Below are positions 35,501 through 50,500 of a stretch of 64,000 nucleotides of DNA, one piece after another. This DNA is from Oculina patagonica (taxonomy: Eukaryota), in the NCBI RefSeq assembly GCF_052425735.1, contig NC_135770.1:18352001-18416000 (forward strand), read 5' to 3'. Each line of letters starts with the position of its first letter. Position 1 is the first letter of the stretch. The notes under the pieces are model-generated. The model saw nothing but the letters and a program-made list of their open reading frames with translations, was not told where the DNA came from and made no database searches. The translations under genes were made by a program, and so were the position numbers.

Positions 35501-38500
35501 TAATATTGTTTATATATCTTTATCTTTACGCTGACAAATACATAAGTAACAAAGAGAACAAAATTGGAAACAGTTTACCAAAAGGTTTCAGTGCATGTAA
35601 CCAACGTAAACTGTCCTTGCTAAAAACATACGGAAATGTTTAACTATATAGGATAAAAATATTTTTTTTCGCAAAATTGTTCCCTACTGAGGTCTGTTCA
35701 GTTCAATGTTTAGATCTCAGTCACTTTTCTTTGTAAACAAATTTGGTTAAAATACGCGTCTTGGTGGTGTAAACGGGAAAAAACTCCACAGTCACTAAGG
35801 TAAATGTAATAAACACAGTTGCTAACAAATTTTAATGACATAAGTTATAGACATGCAGACGAATGGATGTTCAAATATCGATGAACGCAAAAATATCGAT
35901 GAACGTAATATCGATGAACGCAAAAAAATCGTAAAATTGGGAAAAAGCTCGTTGAATTGTTAAGTTTTTCTTTACTGATATAATAGCTTGCTTTTATTTA
36001 TCAGTTTATGTCATGCTCAGTTCTGCTTTTTTCCAATTATCGAAAGGATTCATTTATTTTTTTACTGCGTTGCTCTACGCAACTAATATCCAATTAGTTG
36101 TTTACGACGTTAAGTCTCCTATTTTGTCGTTATCCTGCCCTGACGTTTGCCGGCTGGAAGTAGTAAAATGTAATTTTCGTTTCGTTTGGGTGTTCCTATA
36201 GAAATCAATTTCCACCCATCATCAATCATGCAATCAACGTAAGCTATTAAACTCACGCGGGGGCTGTGTGCAGCACGGCTTTCTCATGATCACGGCATCT
36301 TAGCAAATCACAGAAAGTACAATTCATGATGGATACATACCGTCTTTCTTGGTTCGCATACTTGGGGCCTGGAAGGTAAAAGTGTTTCTTCTTTCTCTCG
36401 TTCTTGGAGGTTGGTCGACGAATGCAGGAAGGACAAGGTTTGCTAGCATTTCATGCTTAGCTTTGGCTTGTATACTGAGCTGATTATCTGTGAAAGTGGA
36501 CAACATAGATTGACCTTTGTATTTATAGGTGACACTTACGATCATGCGCAGTAAGGCGGGTAAGCAACTAATAAGTAAAACTGCGCATGAGTCTGCTGTG
36601 TGTTTGTTCCTTTGGCCAAGAGAGTTAAAGATGCGTGTCTTGTTTCCAGGTCAAATCTCTTAATTCCACTAATCGTATTTTATAGCTAATTTATTTAAAT
36701 AATATAAATCCATCTTTTAGAAGAAGTGACAATTTCTTTATATAAAGACTGAGGCTTAAACTTCACATCACCTCGTTAAAACAATTTAATATATATATAT
36801 ATTGACTATTCATATATTATCACTCTTTACTTAATTTAAAACTTTGAATTTAACAAAGTCCAAATATTGTTTTAAGATTTGTGATTACGCTTTTACTAAT
36901 TTCATGTGTTTTACTTTGTATGATTTGTCCTCAGGATGTGATGGAAATCCCATCTGCTAAGCTTCGTGGGAATGAAACTGTGGGACTTTGTCTAAACTAT
37001 AATCCCCAAATGTAGCAATGACTCGATCCAAAAATACTAATAAATCCCTAATTAAATTAGATACAATGTGCGTACAACAGCACTCGCATTATAAATATAC
37101 ATTACAAAAACAAGAAAGCACGCGAATTCTGCGGTGAAAAACTCCCTCCATTTAACCTTTCGTGAGACTCACCGCGAGAATGCGTTTGTGGTCATAAAAT
37201 ATTTATTACAACACCCTGTAAATTGTTGGTGCCTTATTGAATAAATGTCGGCCCATAGCCTTCTCTGGCAAAAATGTTGCTCAAAAGAAATGTAAAGTCC
37301 CAAAACGCACGCAATTCTAAAAGGCTGCGGTGTTTTTCTTCAAAGGCCCTTTTACGAGAGGATTTATAAAATAGTCACACAGGGCTTTGTGATAAGCCGC
37401 TAAATGACGTGTTCGAGTCATGCAACACGTCGTGCGGATACAAAATATAGTTAACATTCCTTTTGCGTTATTTTTAAGGTAGAGACTTTTCGCGTCTTTT
37501 TAGTAATATTGTTCATGTTTTTATCAATTATCATTTCTGTTTTCTTCTGGCATCTTAAGAGAAGGAAGATTAATAAAGAAGAGCTAAAAGACATTGGCAT
37601 AGCACTCTGCTTTAAATGATTTGTGTCGTTCCTTTGTTCTACTGAAGAGGTCATTTTGTTGACTGGAGCTCAGTTCAAAGAGAGGCCAAACTGTTAAAAA
37701 TGATTATCATTCGAGAGAGTGGAAACACTCAAACTTAGGTATATTTATGAAAAAAAGGTTTCTCGTTGTAACCGCAAAACTAGATTACTTAGAATTGAAG
37801 GAAATAAAAACAAACTTATCCAACCTCTTGTTTAGCTTATTCGTGACCGAAAGGGGGTGTGTGTACTGATCTTGAAAAAACCAAGATCTTCTGCTGACTG
37901 TACGTAACAAAGAATACAACATTATGAAAGAGCCTCGACTCACCTATACCGGCGGCCCTTGAATTTTTTCTCCTTATCCCCACAGGATATGCGAGGTGAG
38001 ATTGCGAGTTTCGCCGTCTTGCTATGACTGTGAGGGCTGGTGCCTGGAAGATAATAATAGTGATGTCACAAAACGATTTAGTATTTCGTGTAACGGAAGT
38101 ATGATGTGTCGCCGCGCCCTTACCTCAAAACAACATTGGATGTAAGAAACGGATGTTAAAGTTAAAATTAAGTGTTTAACGTTTAACTGGACCACCCAGA
38201 TGATTGAATGGTCCGACAAGTGTTGAGATAAGCAACTATATTGCTTAGCATATTTCCACAATTAGGTAATGATTTCGAGTCGCTGTATGGAGCGATACGT
38301 ACATTGGTCTACATTCAAAGAACCGTTTACGGGAAACGTTACAATACCAACTATAAGACTAAGGATGTGTTGAATAGTCACCTAGAGTAAAGTATCGCAA
38401 AAATGCTTAAAAACCGAACTTTCAATTGGTTAAAAAGTTGCTTAGTTCTTTACGAAGCAATCAAGCGGAATTTGTGATATTGTATAATTAACTAGTAACT

Positions 38501-41500
38501 GTATCACTTAAATTATTATTTTCATCTAGCAGAAAATTATTGCAAAGTTCTACGGTAGTTCTGGAATGAGAAAAATTTTGAAAGGCGACTGAGGTTTTTG
38601 AGTGAAAAAGAAAGAAAACCTTTGTATCGACTTTGTAGAAGAACCAAAAAACTGCGTGACGCCAAGATTTAAATTCTACTTTGACGCCGTCGAGTCTGCA
38701 TATAAATTTGGTCCTTAAAGTCATAGCCACAGGAATAATATCGAATTCCGGTTCGAAAAAAGCTCAGTTTAAAAATGGACCGGTTTTCGTCGCAAATCGC
38801 AATATAACTCACATAGATCGAAATCCGAGAGTGCAACTTGTTTGAGTTGCTGACAGTTGAGCTAGCTGGAACTTTGTGTTTAAAGAGTAAAGGTCGCGTG
38901 CAGCAATTTACATGTAAGTTTTTTGGTCCGTTAACATCCAAAAACACCTGTTGCCATGCACACGCTAAAAATCTTTACAAAAATGCAATACGGATACAGC
39001 TTTAATACGATAACGAATAAATTTTCTGAGTAACATACCATTTCTAAGTAAAGCGAGGAATCGTCCTTCGATATTCCCAGCATAGCTATTCCGTTCACAA
39101 GGCCGCAGCCAAGCCGATTGTTTGATCTACACACGGCAAGAAAGAGTGCTAAATCCCTTGTTGACTGTTGTAATCATTTGATTCTAAGCTGTTTGTCGGT
39201 CTAGAGGCCGACAGGATATCGAGCCAGTTTCAGCGGCCGAACAACAGGAAGAACGCGGCTGAAATACTTTAACGCAGAGTGGACTTCGTTATCTTCATCT
39301 CAACCAAAAATATTTTTCTGACCACAGTGTTTGCAAGTTCGATAAATTCTATTTGACATCTCGGTACGCGGTATAAACACACAGCATGACGTATTTTATG
39401 ATCACGTGACCAGAACAACTTGTCAACGGTGACGGGCTCTACGCACTGTCTACGTACTTATTCAATGGCTTGATGGCAACCTGCAAAAATTATTTGTGAA
39501 CTGCAGCACATGGAAACGTTTTGTATTGATTTGAACCTTACTTTTTCACTCTCTTGTGTCATGAGTTTGAGAAAGAAAAAAACAAACAATAAAAAATACT
39601 GAAAATTAACAGCCGTTTTATAATGGTCAAGAGATAAGAGTCTCAGCATGCAGCAGATAAATCCGACGCCGGTCGCTTGCAGAGATTGTTCAGTCTGCTA
39701 ATAAAATAATCTTTTAACTTTCCAAATTCAATTGTTCGGCAATAAATGCTAATTGCGTCTACTAAAATACTCACGGAATACGCCGGGAATACGAGGACAT
39801 TTCTTTCAGTACCGCGTTTAAGCAATACTGTAACAATATCAACACCACCTCGAAGTTTTTTTTTAAGTTTTGATATTCGGCTTGCACCAAAAGCATAAAA
39901 TTAATTAAATTAAATTAAAGTAAAAAATAAAAACTGCGAAGAAAAGAAATCACACGGCCGGGAAGAGCTCTTTAAAATTTGATAAAAAAAATGTGCATAA
40001 TCAAAAGTGCTCGTGTACATAATGAGCCAAGTGGCTTTTTTCTAAATGACACTGGCTCCCATATCTCGCCGTGCCGGTATGGCAAGATACACAAATGTAC
40101 CGCTATAGGAAGGTTGTGAATTGGTGAGCTATGTTTGGAATTCTACTAATTTAATTTAAGAACCCCATTTTAGCAGCATCGATGTTATTTTTTTTTACTA
40201 TACAAAGCGAATATCAACTTTGAGGTGGTCTGTTATTATGGTGCTTTGCTTAAAGAAATATAGAATTCGAATAGCTTTTATTTTGACATTTCAGTAAAGA
40301 AAGAAAAGAAAGAAAAACAGTGCAGTACAGGTAGAATTATTTATATCCCATTGCCCTTGCAAGTTGGCTAAAAACCTAAAGTGACTTGTACGAAAACAGC
40401 AAATACACATTATAAATATGGAAACTCATTTTTAAAATTCCTAACTTCAGTCTTTCAGTCGTACCGTAACGTTGCATTATTATCTTATTTGCACTTAATT
40501 GGCCGTTATATTTCCCGCAATGTCGTGGATACAACACATTTGTAAGATAGTGTCAACTAGAAATAAGTAATAAACCTACACTTTTTGTTACGTAAAGGCG
40601 AATAAGGAATATCATTTCATGAACACGTATCATTTTGAGTACGTGCTAATAGATCAATTGACACTCAATTCTCACCCAATCAGACACTGGGCTAGCTCGA
40701 TACACACCATCGATTTTATAACTTCTGCTTCAAAAAGAATACTGGAATATTCGCCCTCGACATATGAGTTCCTTGACAACGTGTTTTAAAACGGTAACGA
40801 AACCTTATCATCGAGAAATATTCAAACGAAGTAAACTTCATTCAGCTGACAGACACAAACTGCATAGACTGTTTTCTGGTCATGCAGAACTCGCATTTTT
40901 GTGGTTCAACTTCAAGACCGCTTTTAAAACTAACATTATACATTATTTTTCTTCGCTCTGCTGAACAAACTGTCAGACGTTTTATCTGTCCTCTTTGTAA
41001 CTGACAACAACGCAGAGCTGATAATCAAGCAGTTTGTTTGTCTCCACAAAATGTGATTACCCTCGGTTACCACAAATTGCGGCACTTCACGTACTTTTCT
41101 TTGTTTGCTATCTTGAAAAACCCGTTGGGTATTTTGACTGAGTGATTACTGCTACAACATTTAATATAGCGACAGGATGCGTTTACAAGCTAAGATGCAG
41201 CTGTTACTGCGGGGTTTTAACTGCAATTAAAAGCGAAGCACATCATTATACATGTGCCTCGGAAAATTGATTGTTCGATGGAATCTGTTCTATTTTGCAA
41301 AAGCATGAACGACGCGCGAGCTTTGTCTTAACGCTTTGAAAATTTATGGTCCCATGGGCCACTTTTAACCAAAATACGTGACTGCATGATAAATGAATTA
41401 AGTTGGTGAACTCAGTAAAGACAAAGCGATCGAATACAATTTCGCTTAAATAACATGAAAAAGGCTTCCTCCTGTAAAATTAAGTGACTGCTTAATTCCA

Positions 41501-44500
41501 GGTATATAAATATAAAAACGTGATACGCCGTGGCGCTAAAATGTAATTTCTTACTTCCTATCCAACTTTCTCTGTGACATCAAAGTTGATTGTTTTACAC
41601 GTTAGCTTTGTTCTCACTCACAAAAAGAAAGCAAATCTATATAAAGAATTGCGAAAGAACCTTTGACACGAACATTTCAATCTAAGCATAACATTCAAAA
41701 CATTCAATAAAAGTTATGAAATATAATCCGACTTGAAAGGTAACTATGGCAAGATACAATCAAACGACAGAAGCGTCCGCCACGATTTACTTTGTAAGTG
41801 CCTGCCCAGTTCTCGGTTTCTTTGTAAAAGACGTTGAGAAACCCTAGAAAGAAATTTCCGCAGTCTTTAACAGCGCACATTTGCAGTCAGGTTGTAATGT
41901 AATGAGACCGGCTCTGAGTTGTAACGTTATTAACTGGAGAACGAGTCTCTCGAATTTTTAAACTCAGTTTCACGATCTACAAAGCAGGTGTTTCAGTGCG
42001 GGTTAGTCAAAAATTTCTGCGCACGCTGAAGTGCTTAGCAAGGCGTTATATTTCTTATTTCTACGACACAATTCAAAAAGAACACTGGACAAATCACTAA
42101 AGCGAGCTGGTGTGTCGAGTAATTGCAGTTTGCTAGATAAGCGCAGTCGGTGAGGTATTTAGTTAACCTTCAAATATTTCCATGCACAGAATGAATTAAA
42201 AATCATAGAATAAAGAAAGAAGCGATGACACCTTACTTGTGAATCAACCTCGATAGGTTCCTTAAACATTACTGAGTCGAGGATCCATTCTGTTGCATCG
42301 GAAAAGTAATGAATAAATGATACATTGAATCGATGTTCCATACCAGACCGTCTTCAGTTTTTCATGCACGGGTTCAAATGCATCAAGATTTGAATTTGGC
42401 TCTACACTTCAGATGTTTATTTGATCCCTTGAGGACGAAAACCAAGACGACGCACTTCCCAAGAGAATTGTCAAGTTTATATAAAATTAAAGTTGTTGTG
42501 TGTTCAACCAAAGTGACTATTATTTATAAACAAAAGAACTTATTAGTAAACAGCGGACGTGAAACCATTCAAAGGGCCGACGTGACGTCAAGCTTTTGTC
42601 ATACTTTGCTGGCTGGGATAATTTGTGCTGCTGGTGCGGAAATGGGCTAAAAGCGGATGCATTGAAAGAAAGTTGTGCTCTTTATTGAGAAAAATTGATC
42701 GAATACCTGTTAGCAAAGACGTGTGAACTTATGACCGAAATCGGTTTTATTGTGTAGAAACGCTAGTTTCACACAAAGCGGCATTGCACAATTTTGCAAA
42801 GGCGCGAATAAATGGTTGGCCCATTTACTGTACTTATTAAATGCTACAGGAAGCGGGTCAATTATAGGTCAGTGTGCTTACGAAAGTAATACGACAGGAA
42901 CATTAATCAGAGAGTAGGTAAACGAAGCAAAACTGCAAGTACGTAGGCAAGCTACATATTTCCCAACTCCTGATATGGAACTGAAAGTCTTTTTACTAAA
43001 ACTGAACTGGAAGAAACAGTATGTCTTGTAGCTTTGATTCAAATATTATTTTACAATTAAAAAAAAAAACGTCCACCTTTTGTTGTCGTGCTGTTGTCCA
43101 CGTCGCTGCAGTTAACTTGAATAGTTCTTATTGAAAAACTAGCCAGAGCGGTTCTTTACAAAAGGGGACCGCTATGGCCTTCTTGCGTGTCGGCTTACAC
43201 CTTGCGGCCTTACAGTAAGTCAGAATAACCGGATGTTTTCCTTCTCTTGCCGATTGCTCACGTAACAAACCATCTACATTATTATATAGGCATTTTATTG
43301 GTTTCTTGGATGAGAAAATTATAAATTTGCACATGCTTCCCTTGGCATTCGACTGGGGCTAGGCCACGCTGTTGTAATTCAGTTACGAGCTTCATAGATC
43401 TTCATAGCGCAACCACCAAATACACATCTTTGAAACTGTATCGTAAAGGTTTTAAGAGTTTTCAAGTTTGTCTTTAGAAATCTATTCCAGTCTTCCTCAA
43501 AGTTTTCCATCCTTGTGACTTTGTGGTAAAGTATTACAAATTTGGTATTTTTGACCACTGTCCACTGAAGAGACTATTGTCAAAACATGCTGTGTAAATC
43601 TTTTGAGTTAAGTAAATGTTTGAATAAACAGTAACAGTACGCTATGTCTTTGTGCTAATACGTTATCGCCGTTTTCTAGTAATGACTTTTGCAAAGTTAA
43701 ACCCAAATTGATCCCTGTCGAAAAATGTGCAGCGCACGCAAGCAGTACATTAAACGGACATAAATCCGAATTTTACTGCGAAGTTTAAAGCGTTTTATCA
43801 TGTAATCTAGTTATATTATTACCTCACTTCCTCTCCTGTTTATGCGCCTTGGGGCCGCCGCTACACTTGCTCTTCGATTGGCATGTACTGCCACTACGGA
43901 TTCCCGCCGACCAGGGCGATACGCAGGCGCAGAGATCTTGCGTCGAGGTTCGTCATGATGCTTCACTGGCTGTATAAAATATAAAGACAACATGTAACGA
44001 TAAGAAAACTTAAAAATTACTGATAACATAAGAGACACTCTTGAAGGATGATAACCAAATCAACAGGAATCTACAACCATAGACAGCGCCAGTAAGTTGA
44101 GACGAAACTCCGTACACGAACAACACTTTATTACCATATTTATTCAATTATGCGCTCTAATAAATAATAATAATAAATAATATTTTAAGAGGAGGCCTCC
44201 AATCACCAAGGGGGGTGGTTTTCAGGAGGGTCTTCTGAGAAAATAAATGTTAATTCTTAAAATACATTAAAATCTAAAATACAATAAAAAGACAAAACCT
44301 GTGTGGTATGCTAACTAAGATTAAAAACTAGGACAAGGATTAAAATACTACTAACTAAGGTTAAAAATGGGAAATAAACAAGTATTGAAATCTAAAAGGA
44401 AGTACAAATGTCAGAGATCTAAAATATAAAATATACAATAATTGAAACTACTAAAACCACCTACTGTCCTAAAAAAATAATTACAAATAGTTATCTATTA

Positions 44501-47500
44501 ACATTATATAACGTTGTGCAACTAAAAATATTTGTTCATCGTCTAAAAATGTTTTTCCAGTAAGAACCTTGTAAGGGTTTTCTTAAAAATCGCGCATGGC
44601 ATTGGCTTTCTTAAAAATACTGGGAGAGACATCCAGTCATTTGTAAAGCGGAAGTAGGATACTCTCTTTCCGCTTTCCGTTTTAGGTTTAGGCAGTCTGT
44701 TGTAGCCATGTAGACATCTTAATGTCGATTTAAAACTTTCAAAATGTTGCGGAATGTCTCCTTTGATTGCATTTTGTACGGCTGTACATCGGTGAGAAAG
44801 ACGTCTTCTAGCCAGAGGGAGCCAATTCAGAGACTTCAGAGCTTCTGAAGAAGACATTTTGCCTAGTTTAATTTTCTTCGCAAATTTGTTCTGAAAACTT
44901 TGCAAGTTTTCCATTTCTGATTTTAGACCGGGTTGATCTCCCCATACTGTGTCGGCATAGTCTAGGTGTGGCAGCACTAGCCCATTGTAGAAGGCTATGC
45001 GAGTTCTATTGTCTAACATATGAAATATGCGATTAAACAGAGAAAGGCGATGACCTAGTTTCTTTAGCAAATTGCTGATATGTGGCTTCCAGCTCCATTT
45101 TGCATCCATTGTTACTCCCAAATATTTGAATGACTGCACGCGATCGATTTGTGTACCATTTGATTGAAACTCAAAGTCTTCAAATAAGGACAGCATCCTT
45201 TTACTGCCTGCCAGCATAAGTTTGGTCTTCTTGACATTTATAGTCAACCTGTTATCAGTGTACCAATTACTTATTTTAGTGAATTCACGTTCCAGAGCAA
45301 TTTGGAGTTCTTGACGTGTTGATGCGTCGCAAAAGAAAACAGCATCATCTGCATACAAAATCATCCGGGTCTTTTTAACAGCATTTGGCAGGCTATTAAT
45401 GTACACATTAAACAGCACGGGGCCCAAGATGCTGCCTTTTGGCACACCAAGTGTGATGGTGTGTGGCTCTGATGATTCTCCGTTTATCAAAACACTTTGC
45501 TGTCTATTGGTAAGATATGATCTGAACCATCTTAAAGATCTCTCAGACAGTCCTAAATGCTCGAGCTTGCGTAGTAGGACTTTGTGGTTCAGAGAGTCAA
45601 ACGCCTTGGAGATATCGATAAACAGTAGGCCGGTTACTTTACGCTTATTCGAGGTTGGGCGCTTAATCGAATAAATACGGTAACCGAGAGCGAAAGAGAA
45701 ATGACAAAGACGCTAAACTAAGCGGTTTCCTAAGTAACGACCTAATATTATTATGCGCGAGCTATGGCGCAGAAGTAGTTGGAACGCTGACGCTTAGAAG
45801 ATAAAAATGCGGATACTTAACGTTTAAACATTAGTCAACGGCGCATGCAACATTTTTAGAGGCCCCCCTCCCCCATTTCATGTCGAACCCATTGTGGCTA
45901 AGGATTGTTTGTGAAATATGTTCGGGAGCTCAACAGTGAGAAGAGTAGCGGGGAGAAAAGAGATCATTTTTTCGAAATCGTGCCAACACTTTTGTCGAGG
46001 GTTGTAGATCGAACACTTCCCTTTTGATTGTGTATTACTACAAAATTTATAGAACGTATTTTCGGTGTCGAGAGGGGTACAGAGAGCTTTATCAAGGTAT
46101 AAAGCCATGGAAAGTGATTTTATTCGTTCTACAAAATTGTTCAGATTTTGTGGGGGGGGGGGCGTTTTCTGGTTTTACAGTCTAAACTTATTTCCTTGTG
46201 CCTTTCGGCAAAATAAAGCAAAGGGCATATACGGATCTAGTTTTCCAACTCTTTCTGAGATTCGCGGTCAGATATAATTGCACCTGAGCCTTTGCTTAGC
46301 CGGCACGTAGTAGTCGTTCCATTTTTCGAGCCTCCCCTCCACCCTCTCATAATTTGTCTGTATTATTCGAGACGGTTCCAAGTTAATGTTATTACTCGCC
46401 TCTAGCGCCCCCGGAAAGGAAACGACTGGTATGGAGAGTTTGCTACATGCCAAATACAGGTTAGACATGTTTTTCATGAAACCAAGCGCAACTGAAATAA
46501 CTGCAGTGTTTAATTACGCGTAATTTTAATGCAAATGAGCCTCTCCTATCTTTAAAATGACCTTAAATGGACTCGTCTTAGATTAATGTTTGATAAGCAA
46601 CATGATTTAGTTGAATATGGAATAAAAGAAACCTGATGTTCTCTACCGACCTATAAGTCTGCTTTGATTCGTCATTGGAAATATCTATAACGCGGTATAC
46701 TGATCTTAGGTTTTGAACAATGAACTAAAGGGCAATGTACCGTTCAAAAGTCAGAAAAGTGCAAAAGCCTGATGGACATTAATTTTGACGGTCACCTCGC
46801 CTCACTTATTTTCGATCTGTTGTCTCGGACTTAAAAAACTCTCCAGTATTCTTAATGAAGGACAGTGAAAGATAATTCTTAAGTGGCTCTTCACGTATAT
46901 ATTATCTGCACGTCGATAACTGACGAATTTGGAATTTTTTAACAGGAAAGAGTATATATCTATATAGGGAAAGCTGAATCAAAGACGCTGGAGGAAGTCT
47001 CAAACTATTCTTATCTGACGAAGCACACTCGCTCGTCAGAGTGATCAATATTCAAACCGGCACTTGCTGAAGGCAATTACCTGGTCTTATCAACTATTCA
47101 CAGTTCCTTACTAATTACGAATTAAACAAAAAATACATCCATTCATCAAAACAAGCACACACAAAAGCGGTGCTTCAATCCCTTCCAATGTTAGCTTCGC
47201 CGCCAGAAGAAAATGGCAAACATTTAAGATTACTATCAATCCTTTTCAACTGATTTTCAATATACATGTATATTTTTAGTTGTTCAACTCACTTTCTTTC
47301 AATAACGAAATTGTCTGTTGATTGGACATGCAGTTGGGACGAAAAACACCGTGATAGGCAATAATATGAAAGACATAATTGTCATATTTCGGGCTTATTG
47401 AGACAAAAGTCCTCTACTGAACTATTAAAAAGATAAACAATTACTTTATGTTACCTGACTTCTCGAAGGGTCAGATACGGTTCTTGATGCACGAGGATGA

Positions 47501-50500
47501 CTTTGTCGACGACGAATTGAGCTCATTATCACAGCTATAACTGTGTAAGAACTCTGAAGTGACCGCTGATTCCTTAGTCAATTAGAACGTAATTCAAAAG
47601 TTGCTTAATCCAATTGAGAATCGATCCCACAAACAATCAAAAGCTACTCGGTTGTTCAAATTCAAACTTTGTACGTGTTCCCTAAGGAATCGTCCACGTT
47701 GCTCCAAGCAACGTCAAATCCAATAAAATTCTCACAAAAATATTTCGTGATAGCAAAAAATGTTACCTTGTAACTACATCGAATCAATCACTCACTGAAC
47801 TAAAATCCATATGGGGTAACAGTGGAATTCACTAATGGTACACGTCTTGTCAAAATGGCATTATTATCGGCCCTTATGACGAGTGGCAAAAAAGGTAAAG
47901 TTTACTTTTGATGACGCACTGTTTGTTTTGCAATCGACACGAAGTTTGTCAGGCTTTTAGGATAATATCAAGAAAAGTCCGCCGCCAGTTTGATTCTTAT
48001 GTTTCGTCGTTATCTAGTTATGTCAGGAGACCTTAGACTTTTGTGAAGCTAAAAGTAGCACACGGAAAACGCATAAAATTACGAAGAGGACAGGAAGGCA
48101 TTCAGTTGGTAATTAAGTATTTTTTCTTCAATCCGGTCAATTCTTTTTAGATAACAAAGTGCAGTGTTGCTTCAAGTGAATTCTGCTACAATATGTTTCA
48201 ACCAGCAAAGTCAGACTGAGAGGGAGCTTTTTTTTCTCATATTACAGGGGCGGTTGAAAAAATGGAGAGGCATGTATAAATGGTTCAGTATGAGCTATGA
48301 TCTTTAATTGAAACACTGCTGTAATTTGGACAATCAAACTAGGTCCCTTTTACAAGGTTATCTAATCCTCGTGACAGCCAACGTATTTTAACAACACGGT
48401 TCGATGTGCATTTGTGAATAAGCCAATTGTTTTAACCTACTGCCTTCCTCAAGTTTATAGCGGTTTGCTGTCAAATAAATCATTCATTGAGCATCTTATC
48501 ACGTTAAATTATTCATAAAGCATCTGATAAATCACATTACATGTACTGAATAATTGCGCACTGTTATTTATCATTTCTAAAACGGCTTGTAAAAATACTC
48601 AAACATTTCTGTTCCTATTTCGTGAATGTTTTGATTCCGTCATCACACGTCATTGTTCAGAGACTTATATATAATCTCAGTCGAAAAGAAGCCAAACCAA
48701 CGGTGACGAATTTGTCTAAACTCAAAGGGCCCGTCTAAGCTCTGCATGACTGCTTTGTTAGGCAATTTGCACTATAGATATCAATATGTTAAGCCTCTCA
48801 GTGCAAACAGTCTCATGGAGACCAATAGTACTGAGTAGTTTGACATGTAAATAATAAACACCATTTCTAATTTAGAGCTTATTATGTCTATTATCGCCTT
48901 CATTGATCTTAATTTCAAAATAGCATCGAGTGGCATTTTGGCCCGGCTTCACGAAATAGCAGATCATGCATACGAGAGTGATGAATGCTGTTCAATCGAA
49001 GCAATTAGAAATGACTAGATTTCTAAAATTTGCTCACCATGGCAGTCCACTCATAAGGAGTGTCATCTCTTGTCTCGCTGTCACTGCTCGACTCTCTCGC
49101 TCTGTCCTCCATGGTGAGTTCTTTGGGGTGACTGTCTTGTGAAGAGGGACTGTCTGAACGCGAGCTGCGCGTCTGTAAAGGAAGAAAGCGTTGTATGACA
49201 TATTGAAAAAATCAACTCTCAAGAATGTTATTCTACTTGGTAACAACCTTAATCCTAACGGGATCCTCACACAACGGGATCCTTGGTGTTCAATGGTCTA
49301 ATAAGTCACCTGTATTTGCGAAGACCGGCGTTAGGAATTGTCGCAGGGTGCACTGCACGCAATCAATGTTTAACGACTTGATAGCCTTGCGACGACAAAA
49401 GGACATGGGAGGTGTAACAATGACATTTATTTACGTCGCACGCAAATGATGCATGGCGACGGTGGTGTATCTCATCGTTAAAAATTATTTTGCATCAAAT
49501 TAATTGGAAGCAAGAGAGAGCTAAAGCTTTTCATGCGACGGTTTAAGAGGATCCATCTGAAAATCGTTTCCTAGTGGGGCTGTATTACAATATTTCCGCC
49601 CAGTTTATTATTTTCGCCCACGGAATTCCATGTCGTGTATGTGCAATTGCAATGACCATCCCAGTGAATGAAGCGATGATTTACAAAAGAATTTCGCAAA
49701 TGACAACGAGCCACGTGTACAGGCTCAAACAAATCTTTGCTATAAGTAAGGATTTTGGTTACAAAATGAACAATTTGTGCATAATATGTACCAAAATAGG
49801 AAACTGTTCAGACATGGTAAAAAGAGAGCCTTAGTTCTGTTAGTTTTATTACATCACTTTTATCAATACGGTTTTTGAGGCGACTGAAAAGATCAAGAGA
49901 GAAGATTGCATGCAACGTACACGTAGTAACATTTTCGGATTAGTCATGATTAGTGGGACACTGCTAGCAAAAAAGCAGGAAGCCAGGTTTAATGTTACTA
50001 TTCATCGTTTCCTTGATTAAGATGTTTGTTTTAATCCAGATATATTATTTTTTTATTCATTTATTTGTTTATTTACTCATTTATTTATCTTTGTTTATAA
50101 CCGTTTATTCAGTGAATACTTCGTATACAAAAGGCTGTGCCGCTTATTGCATGATATGACTTGAGATTCTTATTCGACAGTATTCATATCTCACTGGATA
50201 AAAGGCCATGTCTCAGGTTGTAAACAGTTTGCCCTTTATGTTTCCTGTTTGATTGTGGGGTGGAAATTCCAAGAATCTGCGGGTTAGTGAGGAACTGTTG
50301 GGGTATGTATTCATGTCTCTCGTCGGAATGTTAAAGATTTCCATCGGCAATTTAGAATGGCCCGTATGTCGCTGTCGAAATTTCGTCATTTCGTCTAAAG
50401 ACTGATGTGTGGCTTGTGGAATTTCGGAATTTAACTGTCGGTAAAGACTGACGTGAGGTAACTTTAATCAGATAAGGTAAACAGAGCGGTAGGAGTTTGT

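Noticed and set aside
35873-35923. Repeated 14-mer as a possible CRISPR-like array
   Set aside because: No unique spacers, only three units, eukaryotic intron; it is a simple tandem repeat.
42237-42290. EWILDSV resembling a BRCT C-terminal helix (ECT2-like RhoGEF)
   Set aside because: No other BRCT elements or compatible upstream exons found; a single short motif is insufficient.
45399-45674. 91-aa plus-strand ORF
   Set aside because: Antisense shadow of the LINE reverse-transcriptase frame.
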